From Candidatus Nealsonbacteria bacterium (GTDB lineage: Bacteria; Patescibacteriota; Minisyncoccia; Minisyncoccales; PWPS01): a stretch of DNA of 64,000 nt. Below are positions 19,197 through 28,083 of this stretch, one piece after another. The notes under the pieces were generated by a model. It had not been told where the DNA came from. It saw only the letters and a program-made list of their open reading frames with translations, and did not search any database. The stretch covers positions 17,989-81,988 of the forward strand of contig PWNV01000014.1 in assembly GCA_003557645.1 (NCBI GenBank), given 5' to 3'. Within the stretch, counting starts at the first letter, position 1, and each line of letters begins with the position of its first letter. The position numbers were made by a program, and so were the translations under genes.

Positions 19197-21440
19197 ATGG
19201 AAGAAGACACAAACATCACACAAGAGGTCCGAACAATGAAAAAAGACCTCGCTGTTGCCCGGGAGGGGGGCGAAGAAAGTGTCGTTCCTTCTCCCAGTTC
19301 TAAAAAATCTCCTCAACCCAGAGATGACGAAGAAAGAAGAAGAGAAGAAGAAGTAATAAGAAACGAAGAAAGAAGGAAGGAAGAGAAAAAGCGCAAAGAG
19401 CGACTAGCTGAAGAAGAAAAAATAAGAGAGATTGAAAAAGAGAAAATTTCAACATGGATAAATGATATTCAAAAATCCAAACAAGGGATTAGAGGCAAGA
19501 TTGCAAAAGAGATAGAGTCTTTAAAGAAGGAAATTGAAAATAAAATTCGCGAAGAGGAGGAAAAGGGTCGTAAACTGGAAGAAATACTACAAAAAAAGGA
19601 GTCGTTTGAGACAAAGGAAAATCTTTTCAAAAAGAGCATTCTTAAGCTAGAAGAAAAAAAAGATGCACTAAAACTAAAAGAAGCGAGTTTTAAAAAGCAA
19701 ATCAAAGAAATAGAGAAGATAAAGAAAGAATCAGAAAAAAAAGAAGATATCATCATAAAAGAAGAAGAGTTAAGCGAGAGAAAAAGAGAAGTAACTCAAA
19801 AAAAATGGGACACAGAAAAAGATCTCATACGAACTAAGAAAACAACTCATGCTATTGACTTGAAAAAACTCTACCTTTCCCTTCAAGTAGGTAGAGAAGA
19901 GAGAGAAGTCGAGAAATTAAAAACAGAAAGAGAAGCTTTGGGTCTTCAGCTTTCTATTCTTGTTCCTCAAAACAAAATTTCTTTTCTAGAAGAAAGGATC
20001 AACCTCTATGATCAAATATTAGGCCTTTTTCAAGCTCGGAAAAAAAGAATAAAGGATAGATTAAGAAAAGTAGTTCAGGCAGATAAGAATATCAAAGAAA
20101 GGTTTGTTGATATAAAGGAAAAGCTTGCACAAACAAGCAGCAACGAAGAATTGGAATCCCTTGAAAACGAGAGATGGAAAATTGAAGAGAAAAAGAGACA
20201 GATTAAAGAAGAGGCTTGGGAGTGGCAAGAAACAATAAAGAAAACAGAAGAAAAAATAAAAATAATTGAAACCAAAAAGAAGTCTGCGGAAGAGAAAACT
20301 CTTTCCCTGCGAAAAGAAATACAGCAAAACGAAAAATCTCTGCAAGAAAAAAGAGCCCTGATAGAGACTCTTCAAAATAAAGAAAAGAGCTTAAGAGAAA
20401 AAGAAGAGGAGGACATCAAAGAAAAGAAACGTCTCATCGTCCTTAAGAGGAGAGAATTTCTCCTAAAAGACCCTGTTTACAGGAAAAAGATTGTTGCAAA
20501 ACGAGTAGATCTTTTAAGCAAGATCTGTAGCGCTATAGAAGAAAAAAATAAAATTAAAGCAGAGCTACGAAGTCTTTTAGAAAAGGAAAGAGAAATTGAA
20601 TCTGAATTAAAAGAAACCCAAAAAAAGGAAGATGAGCTAAAGAAAGAGAAAGAAGAAGTGGAGAGAAGAGAGAGGATAGCAAAAGACCCGCAAGAAGTCA
20701 GAGAAATGGAAGAAAAGAGGTGGAAGATAGGAGAAGAAAGAAGATCTGTAGAAAAAGAGGTTCTAGAAATTCAAGAAAAATTAAGTCCTTTTACAGAGAA
20801 AAGAAAAGAAGCTGAAAAAGAATACGCTGTTCTTTCAGAGAAAAAAACAAAAATAATTAAACAAGAAGCTTCTCTTGCGTCTAAGTTACGAAGATGGATT
20901 AAAGCAGAAGAGCAAAGAAAAGAGATAGAAAAAAGAAGATCTCAGATAAACAGGAAAAAAGAAAATATTTCTAATGAAAAGGAAGAAAAAGAAAAAGGTA
21001 TAGAGGGAGTTGAGAAAAAATTGAACAATATACTAAAAAGGGAGAGTGAAGTAGAAAAGGACGTTCGATGGATAGAAGAAAAAATACAAGCCATGAACAC
21101 CGAATCAAAAGAAAGAAGAAATGAAGTTAAAAAAATGTGGCAGTTAGAAGATAAAAGAAGGGAGATAGAAAAGATGAAATGGGAGCTACAAGAAAAAGTA
21201 GATGAAAGCGGGAAAGAAAAAGAAAAAATTGAACAACAATATCAACTCCTTCTAGATGAAGAAAGTCGCCTGCTCAAGGAGAAAGAAGGCTTTAAAGAGA
21301 AAGAAGCACTCCTATCACTAGAAAAAGAAAAAGAGGAGATAGAGAAGATGATGGAAGAAGAAGACAGCGAAGTTCTTGAGAAAAAATTCGTAGAAATCGC
21401 ACATCAAATGATAAGCGAACTTCAAAAAACGGTCTCTTAA
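19197..21440 (+). CDS. Giant Lys/Glu-rich coiled-coil protein with Trp-containing periodic repeats
   Basis: Repeats such as ENERWKIEEKKRQIKEEAWEWQE, KRWKIGEERRSVEKE, KMWQLEDKRREIEKMKWELQEK; no enzymatic motifs. Confidence 0.6.
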   Translation: MEEDTNITQEVRTMKKDLAVAREGGEESVVPSPSSKKSPQPRDDEERRREEEVIRNEERRKEEKKRKERLAEEEKIREIEKEKISTWINDIQKSKQGIRGKIAKEIESLKKEIENKIREEEEKGRKLEEILQKKESFETKENLFKKSILKLEEKKDALKLKEASFKKQIKEIEKIKKESEKKEDIIIKEEELSERKREVTQKKWDTEKDLIRTKKTTHAIDLKKLYLSLQVGREEREVEKLKTEREALGLQLSILVPQNKISFLEERINLYDQILGLFQARKKRIKDRLRKVVQADKNIKERFVDIKEKLAQTSSNEELESLENERWKIEEKKRQIKEEAWEWQETIKKTEEKIKIIETKKKSAEEKTLSLRKEIQQNEKSLQEKRALIETLQNKEKSLREKEEEDIKEKKRLIVLKRREFLLKDPVYRKKIVAKRVDLLSKICSAIEEKNKIKAELRSLLEKEREIESELKETQKKEDELKKEKEEVERRERIAKDPQEVREMEEKRWKIGEERRSVEKEVLEIQEKLSPFTEKRKEAEKEYAVLSEKKTKIIKQEASLASKLRRWIKAEEQRKEIEKRRSQINRKKENISNEKEEKEKGIEGVEKKLNNILKRESEVEKDVRWIEEKIQAMNTESKERRNEVKKMWQLEDKRREIEKMKWELQEKVDESGKEKEKIEQQYQLLLDEESRLLKEKEGFKEKEALLSLEKEKEEIEKMMEEEDSEVLEKKFVEIAHQMISELQKTVS

Positions 21441-21464
21441 ATAAGCTTTCCTAAAAGTAATTCT

Positions 21465-24365
21465 ATGCAAAACGATACAAAACCAATCACTGCCGAACTA
21501 GAAGAAGAATTGTCTGTATTAAAAAAACTAGAAGAAAAGCTAGAAGAGTTAAAAGTTAGTCTTGTTGGTGCTGCAGAAAAAAAAGAACAAATCAAAAAGA
21601 GCTTGGACCTTATAAAAGAAAAGGAAAAAGAGATAGAAGAGAGAGAAAGAGAACTTGAGAAAAAAGGAGAGGAAGCACAGAACGAGAAAGAGAAAAGAGA
21701 GGCCGGAGAAGAAAGATGGAAGGTAGAAGATAAGCGCAAAGAAATTGAGAAAGATCGATGGGATTGGGAAAATAAAATTAAAGAGGTAGAAGAGAACATC
21801 TCCTCTCTAGAAAAAGAGAAAGAAGCTACTATCGAAAAAAAGAAGGAGGCAGAAGAAAAGGTTGATCAGCTTCAAAAAAACGCAGAACAGGAGGATGAAG
21901 AAAGTATCAAAACGGCAATAGAAAGAAAGAAAGAGGAAGAGTCCTTGGCTCTTGAAGAAAAGAAAACCTTAGCTGTGAAAAAGGAGAAGGCAAAGGAGGT
22001 TTTAAAAGAAATAAAGGAAAAAGAAAAGGAAATAGAAAGAACCGAAAGAGATCTAGAAGGAAAAGAAGAGGCAGAAAAAGATTTTTCTGAAAAAAAGAAA
22101 CTTAAGGAAAAAAGGTGGGAAGCAGAAGATCAGCGTAAAAAAATAGAAGAAGAAAGATGGAAAATTGAAGAAACTGTCTCCTCTATAAATGAAAAAATTG
22201 AAAAGAAAAATACTAAACTAAGCAGACTAGAAGATGAGATCGAATCACTGCAAAGACAAAAAGACGAAGCAGAGGTAATTGCAGGAATCAAAGAAACGCC
22301 AAAACCAGAGGCTGATCTTGAGAAAAAGGAAAAAGAACCTTTAACCGGAGATCTTGAAGAAAAAATAGTCGAGAAGAAGGAATCTCTCTCTGAAGAAAAA
22401 GAAACTCTTTTTGCAAAAAGAATGGAGCTCTCCGACAAGCTTCGTGAAACAAAGAAAAAAGAAAGAGCGACAGAAAAAGAAAAAATAAAAATTGAGAGAG
22501 AAGAAACAGCCGTAAAAGGAACAAGTAAAGAGAAAGAGATAACTGAGAAAAAATGGGCGGTTGAGGAAGAAAGAAGATCTACAGAACAGATAAGATGGGA
22601 TTTAGAGAAGGAGCTAGGAGATGTTAATAAAAGAATAGAAGAAATCAAGAGAAAAGAGAAAGTTATTAGAAAAAAGGAAGAGGAACTAGCAAAAAGAAGA
22701 GAAGAGAGAGAAAGAGAAAGGGAGATAAGGCAAAGAGAAAGAGAAGTAACTTCTAAACTCCAAGACAAGGATCTCTCTTTAACACAACAAAAGAAGCTCC
22801 AGCTAGAAAAAATGGGTCTCCTAAAAGAAAAGCTAAGTGATCAGTTCTATCGATACAAAGAAGAAAAAAAACTTTTAGAAATTGAAATTGACAAGCTCTC
22901 ACAAAAGGAAAAAGAAAACGAGAGAAAGTTGGAAGAGGCTTATGAAGAAGAAAACTACGCAGAGAAAAAAAAGAATGAGATTGAGGCAAAGGAAAAAGCA
23001 ACACACAATGTAAAAGAAAAAGAAGAAATAGAAAAAAGCAGATGGGAAGCAGAAGAGGAAACGAGAGAAGCTAAAAGAGTTGTCTGGGATATTAAGGAAA
23101 GATTGAACGAAATAAAGAAAAGAAGTCGCAGAGCACACACAAAAAAATGGAAAGTTTCCACCAAGGAAAAGAGAGTTCAAGAAAAATGGCACAGCCTCGC
23201 TCGTAAAGAAGAAAGAGCTAGGGTTTCTCTGGAAAAAGCAAAAATAAAAGAAAAGATTAAATCTATTGAGAGTGAAAGGAGGACTCTTGACCTAGAAATA
23301 GTTAAGACAAAGGAAAGAAGAGATCATTTACAAGAAAAGATCGCTACTGTTATTGAAAAAGAAACTGTTATTGAAAAGAAAAAGAAAGAAATCGAAGAGG
23401 AAGAAACAGCCGCCAAAAACCCTGAAGAAAGAAGGGAGAAAGAAAAAGAGAGATGGAGAGTGGAAGAAAAAAGGAGAGAAATTGAGAAAGAAAAATGGTC
23501 ATTACAAGAAAAGATCAAAACAATAGAAAAAGATCTATACTCTTCTGAGCTGCATTATCAGCAAACGCTAAACAAAGAAGAAAACTTAAAGAAGAAAGAA
23601 TCCTCTCTTTCTAAAAAAGAAAAAGAGCTAATAGCCAAAGAAAGCAAGAGAGAGAAAGCTAAAGAGCTAAAAAGATTGCAGGCAATTAAGGGCAAGATCG
23701 AGGAGAAAAAAGAAAGCTTAATTGACGAAGAAAACCAACTAAAAGATTCTCTTAAAGAAATGAAGGAAAAAGTGAAAGGAATGAAGAAGGTTATGCACGA
23801 TATTGAAGAGGAAGAAGAATTCATCGAAGAACCTGAAGAAAGAAAAAAAGTAGAAGAAAAAAGATGGAAAGCAGAAGAAGATAAGCGCGAAACAGAAAAA
23901 AAGATCTGGGAATTAGAAAACAGATTAGCGGAAATTGAAACGGAGAGAAAGGGCTTTGATCTTATTAAAAAAAGAGAATCAGAAATCCAAGCAGAACTAG
24001 AAAAACTAGAATCTCTTTTAAGAAGAGAGAATGATGCTTTTGAAGAAGATTACACTGACGACCTAGAAGATGAGGAGGAAGCCACAGAAGAAATAGATCA
24101 AAGTTTAAGTAAAGAATCTTTTCGAGAAAGAAAAAAGAGAGAAATCGAAGAGGAAGATAGCGATGAAGAAGAAGATTATGAAGATGAAGAAGAAGATTAT
24201 GAAGATGAAGAAGAGGATGATGAGGAGAGAAAAGACAAAGATGAAGAAGAATATTATGAAGATGATGAAGAAGACGATGAGGAGGATGATGAAAAAACTC
24301 CATCAGAGTCAGAAGAAAAAGAGAAGAAAGATCCTAATATCTCTGACCTAGATTTTAAGTTTTAA
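21465..24365 (+). CDS. Giant Lys/Glu-rich coiled-coil paralog (six about 140-aa-period W repeats) with poly-acidic DYE tail
   Basis: ERWKVEDKRKEIEKDRWDWE, KRWEAEDQRKKIEEERWKIE, KKWAVEEERRSTEQIRWDLE, SRWEAEEETREAKRVVWDIK, ERWRVEEKRREIEKEKWSLQ, KRWKAEEDKRETEKKIWELE; same frame as upstream ORF, separated by one TAA. Confidence 0.6.
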   Translation: MQNDTKPITAELEEELSVLKKLEEKLEELKVSLVGAAEKKEQIKKSLDLIKEKEKEIEERERELEKKGEEAQNEKEKREAGEERWKVEDKRKEIEKDRWDWENKIKEVEENISSLEKEKEATIEKKKEAEEKVDQLQKNAEQEDEESIKTAIERKKEEESLALEEKKTLAVKKEKAKEVLKEIKEKEKEIERTERDLEGKEEAEKDFSEKKKLKEKRWEAEDQRKKIEEERWKIEETVSSINEKIEKKNTKLSRLEDEIESLQRQKDEAEVIAGIKETPKPEADLEKKEKEPLTGDLEEKIVEKKESLSEEKETLFAKRMELSDKLRETKKKERATEKEKIKIEREETAVKGTSKEKEITEKKWAVEEERRSTEQIRWDLEKELGDVNKRIEEIKRKEKVIRKKEEELAKRREEREREREIRQREREVTSKLQDKDLSLTQQKKLQLEKMGLLKEKLSDQFYRYKEEKKLLEIEIDKLSQKEKENERKLEEAYEEENYAEKKKNEIEAKEKATHNVKEKEEIEKSRWEAEEETREAKRVVWDIKERLNEIKKRSRRAHTKKWKVSTKEKRVQEKWHSLARKEERARVSLEKAKIKEKIKSIESERRTLDLEIVKTKERRDHLQEKIATVIEKETVIEKKKKEIEEEETAAKNPEERREKEKERWRVEEKRREIEKEKWSLQEKIKTIEKDLYSSELHYQQTLNKEENLKKKESSLSKKEKELIAKESKREKAKELKRLQAIKGKIEEKKESLIDEENQLKDSLKEMKEKVKGMKKVMHDIEEEEEFIEEPEERKKVEEKRWKAEEDKRETEKKIWELENRLAEIETERKGFDLIKKRESEIQAELEKLESLLRRENDAFEEDYTDDLEDEEEATEEIDQSLSKESFRERKKREIEEEDSDEEEDYEDEEEDYEDEEEDDEERKDKDEEEYYEDDEEDDEEDDEKTPSESEEKEKKDPNISDLDFKF

Positions 24366-24378
24366 GCCTCATCAAGCT

Positions 24379-25710
24379 ATGAATATTGTAACCTCAATTG
24401 AAACAGCAAGAAAAAAAGGAGCTTCTGATGAGAAGATCTTACTTGAAATAAGGAAACAAAATCCAGAGAAAGAAGACTTTTTTATTAAAGCAGAACACCG
24501 AGGAGCAAGCGCTTCTCATATTTTAGATGAGATAATTAGGCAAAATAAGGAAGAGAAAATAGAAGAAGATGCCACTTCTATTAGAAGAAGAAAAGAAGAA
24601 GAAAGAAGGAGAAAATTTTTGCAAAAAATTGAGGAGAAGGAAAAAGGAGAAAAGGAAGGTTTCGCTACTCCTTCCTCGGAAGCATTTACTCCTTCTTCTG
24701 TAACTCCTTCTCCAGAACAAGAAGAGATTTCTCCCCCTCTCTCTCCACCTCAAAAACCGCCCGAGAAAGAAAAACAAGTAAATCGTATACTTGTTATCAT
24801 AGTCATTCTTACTATTTTTGCTCTTTCTGTTGCTTTTCTTTATAGAATTTTGTTTCTGACCTCTCCTCCTGACGTCGAGCCAGTGGAAATAATTATAGAA
24901 GTTCCTATCCCCCGTGCACCTGAATCACTGGTAGAAATTGATGAAGAAAAAGATGATATTGTTAGATTCCCCGCTATAAACAGCAATGAACATATCATTG
25001 CTCTACGCAAAGCGATGGAAGAGATGGAGAGAGGAGAAATAACACGTATAATTATTGAAGACCAAAGAGAAGAAGAGCCACGTATTTCTGATCTGGAGGA
25101 TTTTTTTCGTCTTTTTAATATAAGGTCTCCCGAGAAGTTTTTTGAGATGATAGAAAAAGACTTTACTCTCTTAATATACACAAAAGAAGAGAAAAATCGC
25201 CTAGCCTTTGTAGTAAAAGCTAAAGAAAGAGACTTGGATCTAGAATGGTCTTTAATGAGGCCGTGGGAAAGATCTATCGAAAGGGATTTTCGTGGTCTTT
25301 TTGCTTTTCTGGAGATAGAAGTTGAAGATACTAGTGAAGAGTTAAATAATTTCATTTACGAAAGGCCTGGCAGAAGTAATCCTGTTATTCGTTATCGTAG
25401 CATCCCCTCAGATAAAAACCTTCTTATAGTTAAAGACTCTACTTCTGTCTATTCTGATACTGATAACTTTATCGAGATAGGAAGAACTTCGCATGAAGAA
25501 AAATATGAAGAATTAAAAGTAGAAGATGGTTGGTACAGTATTGCCATAAACAATACTGAAGGGTGGATAGAGGAAGATGCGGTTATAGAGGTAGAACCAT
25601 TCGGAGAGAACGTTGGCCTGTACTACTCTATTATGGAAGGGCGTATGGAGGATAAAATCGTCTTTTCTACTTCCCTTGAAAGTATCAAAGTAATAATTGA
25701 CCGTTTATAG
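24379..25710 (+). CDS. Hypothetical bitopic membrane protein (charged N-domain, Pro/Ser linker, TM, C-terminal globular domain)
   Basis: TM ILVIIVILTIFALSVAFLY in the middle; C-terminal GWYSI...GWIEEDAV reminiscent of SH3b-like fold. Confidence 0.45.
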   Translation: MNIVTSIETARKKGASDEKILLEIRKQNPEKEDFFIKAEHRGASASHILDEIIRQNKEEKIEEDATSIRRRKEEERRRKFLQKIEEKEKGEKEGFATPSSEAFTPSSVTPSPEQEEISPPLSPPQKPPEKEKQVNRILVIIVILTIFALSVAFLYRILFLTSPPDVEPVEIIIEVPIPRAPESLVEIDEEKDDIVRFPAINSNEHIIALRKAMEEMERGEITRIIIEDQREEEPRISDLEDFFRLFNIRSPEKFFEMIEKDFTLLIYTKEEKNRLAFVVKAKERDLDLEWSLMRPWERSIERDFRGLFAFLEIEVEDTSEELNNFIYERPGRSNPVIRYRSIPSDKNLLIVKDSTSVYSDTDNFIEIGRTSHEEKYEELKVEDGWYSIAINNTEGWIEEDAVIEVEPFGENVGLYYSIMEGRMEDKIVFSTSLESIKVIIDRL

Positions 25711-25713
25711 CTT

Positions 25714-26073
25714 ATGAATAAAACTCAAATTGAAAGTTTGAAAAGAAAACTGGAAGAAGACAAGGATTCTCTTCAGAAAACTTTACAACGCTTCGCTAAA
25801 AAAGGAAGTAAGCTCGAAGGAAATTGGGAAACCAACTATCCCGACTTTACTCCTAATGAATCAAGTAAAGAAGAGGAAGCCGATGAAGTGGAAGAGTACT
25901 CTGCTTTAATTAAAATAGAACATGCCCTGGAAGTCAGATTAAAAAATGTCAACGAAGCCTTAGAAAAAATGAAAAACGGTAATTATGGAACTTGCGAAAG
26001 ATGCGAAAAAGAAATTCCTTATGAAAAACTTTCTTTGGTTCCAGAAACAAAGACCTGCACCGATTGCGTATAG
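25714..26073 (+). CDS. DksA/TraR-family C4 zinc-finger protein
   Basis: Coiled-coil N-half, C-terminal CERCEKEIPYEKLSLVPETKTCTDC. Confidence 0.65.
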   Translation: MNKTQIESLKRKLEEDKDSLQKTLQRFAKKGSKLEGNWETNYPDFTPNESSKEEEADEVEEYSALIKIEHALEVRLKNVNEALEKMKNGNYGTCERCEKEIPYEKLSLVPETKTCTDCV

Positions 26074-26087
26074 ATCTTCTTAAAAGA

Positions 26088-26113
26088 AAATCCCCTCTTT
26101 AGGGGGTTTTTTG
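26088..26113. terminator. Bidirectional rho-independent terminator
   Basis: cccct-cttt-agggg hairpin followed by GTTTTTT, between convergent genes. Confidence 0.6.
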
Positions 26114-26119
26114 TTAGAG

Positions 26120-27124
26120 CTATCTAACTTGTCCTCCAACCGGGATGTGAGAAAAAGGATTCCTTATTCTTCTGGAAAGAATATCAAAGTGAACATGGCA
26201 TCCTGTTGAAAGTCCCGTAGTTCCCATTGTTCCAATTTGCTGTCCTTGATAAACTCTCTCTCCCACTCCAACATGCATTCCTTGTAAGTGTCCATAAAAA
26301 GCAACTACACTTCCATGATTGATCTTGATAAAGTTCCCCGCTGGCCAGGTATTGTAGGCTCTCTCTATTACTACTCCAGATTGCACGGCATAAATCGGGG
26401 TTCCACAGTTGTTAGCAATATCAACTGCATTGTAGTGGTGGGGTCCCTGTGTAAGGATTCCTGTTGCTGGAGGAATAAAGTGCATTGATGGAGTTGGCCT
26501 TGGTACAGTAGTTCTTGGAATTGGCGGCTGTTCCCCTCCTGGAACAATTATTAAGTCTCCTGGATAAATATTCTCAACGTATAGATTATTAAATTTTTCT
26601 ATCTCCTCCTTTTTTGCTTTATGTCTCTCTGCAACTTCAGACAAAGTATCCCCTGCTTCTACATAATACATCACTCCCGTAACAGGGAGGATTGTTAATT
26701 CTTCTCCCGGTTTTATCTTATCTCCCTTTATGTCGTTTGCCCATCTTATCGTGTCTTTGCTAATTCCAAACTTATCGGCTACATTATCAAGGGTATCTCC
26801 TTCTTCAACTTTATAAGAGATTATGCTGTTTCTTTGATCTATCCCGCCTCCTCTACCCATCACTTGAGAAGTTACAAAATAAGGAGTGGAATCAGAGAGA
26901 AGAGTGTTTTCGTGAGTAAATACAATCGGCTTAAAATCATCAAAAGATTCTCCTTGATAAGAAAGAAATATATCAATATCAGAAACAAAGCTCTCCTCTG
27001 AATAATCTTTCCTGTCTATAAAAAAACTTGAATCTGTAAAATGATTTAACGCTAAAAGAGAGAACACAAAAAGAAGGAAAAACTTACTTTTCCCCTTAAT
27101 GGCTACAAATCTACCTTGGCTCAA
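26120..27124 (-). CDS. LysM-domain M23 family peptidoglycan endopeptidase
   Basis: Two LysM repeats (GDTLDNVADKFGISKDTIRWAN; GDTLSEVAERH), M23 motifs HHYNAVD and HVHFD. Confidence 0.85.
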   Translation of the reverse strand: MSQGRFVAIKGKSKFFLLFVFSLLALNHFTDSSFFIDRKDYSEESFVSDIDIFLSYQGESFDDFKPIVFTHENTLLSDSTPYFVTSQVMGRGGGIDQRNSIISYKVEEGDTLDNVADKFGISKDTIRWANDIKGDKIKPGEELTILPVTGVMYYVEAGDTLSEVAERHKAKKEEIEKFNNLYVENIYPGDLIIVPGGEQPPIPRTTVPRPTPSMHFIPPATGILTQGPHHYNAVDIANNCGTPIYAVQSGVVIERAYNTWPAGNFIKINHGSVVAFYGHLQGMHVGVGERVYQGQQIGTMGTTGLSTGCHVHFDILSRRIRNPFSHIPVGGQVR

Positions 27125-27226
27125 AGATTTTCTTTTCGAGCCTCTTTTTTTTGAAGTATAAATAGCTTTAAATCTGTTATAAGCTGTGGTATTATTCTAC
27201 TAATTCAAGGCGAAAAGTCAATATAA

Positions 27227-28072
27227 ATGACCCTAACAAACAAAGACATTCTAAAAGAAGCTCTCGATAATTACTCCATAACTCCCAAAAAATCACTGGG
27301 ACAAAACTTCGTTATAGATAAGAATGTTATCAAAAAAATTTGTGACTGTGCCGATCTTTCAAAAGAAGATCAAGTCCTTGAAATCGGTCCGGGAACAGGA
27401 GCCCTTACCCTTTCTTTAGCGGAAAAAGTAACTCACGTCACCGCAATAGAAAAAGATAGGAGATTGATGCCCTTACTTCTTGACCTAACAAAAGAGACCA
27501 AGAACATAAGTGTCGTACATAGTGATATCTTGGATTTTTCCATTCCTTTCAAAAAGTATAAAGTTATAGCAAATCTCCCTTACTACGTTACTTCTCCTAT
27601 AATAAAAAAATTCTTAGAAGAATATTTTCCTCCTGAGATGCTTGTTCTCACTGTTCAAAGAGAAGTTGCAGAGAGAATAATAGCGAAACCTCCTAAAATG
27701 AGCCTCTTGTCTGTCTCCGTACAATTTTATGCCGATGCCAAGATAATATCTCACATTTCAAAAAACTCTTTCTGGCCACCTCCTTCTATCGAGTCTTCTA
27801 TTATAAAAATTACTCCAAAGAAAAATTCCTTTGATAAAGCTTTTAAGGAAGATTTTTTCCGCATCCTTAGAAAAGGATTTTCTCATCCCCGAAAACAAAT
27901 ACTAACCAATTTCCAGCTTGACAGAGAAAAGAAAAGTGGGGTAGACTTTACAAAACGAGAGATAATCTGTAACCTTATTAAAAAAAGTAACGTTGATGCA
28001 AGAAAGAGGCCCGAAAGCCTAAACATAGATCAATGGAAATCCCTAACTAAAAATCTTTCAAAAATCATCTAA
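27227..28072 (+). CDS. rsmA: 16S rRNA (adenine1518/1519-N6)-dimethyltransferase
   Basis: SLGQNFVIDKNVI, LEIGPGTGALT SAM motif, NLPYYVTSPI. Confidence 0.85.
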   Translation: MTLTNKDILKEALDNYSITPKKSLGQNFVIDKNVIKKICDCADLSKEDQVLEIGPGTGALTLSLAEKVTHVTAIEKDRRLMPLLLDLTKETKNISVVHSDILDFSIPFKKYKVIANLPYYVTSPIIKKFLEEYFPPEMLVLTVQREVAERIIAKPPKMSLLSVSVQFYADAKIISHISKNSFWPPPSIESSIIKITPKKNSFDKAFKEDFFRILRKGFSHPRKQILTNFQLDREKKSGVDFTKREIICNLIKKSNVDARKRPESLNIDQWKSLTKNLSKII

Positions 28073-28083
28073 TATAAAGCTTC

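Noticed and set aside
22130-24303. Several minus-strand Ser/Leu/Phe-rich ORFs (e.g. 22130..22768, 22899..23192, 23965..24303) and plus-strand MKKKIMK-repeat ORF 24163..24351
   Set aside because: They are reverse-complement or alternate-frame images of the GAA/AAG-rich coiled-coil and acidic-tail coding sequence; low-complexity artefacts.
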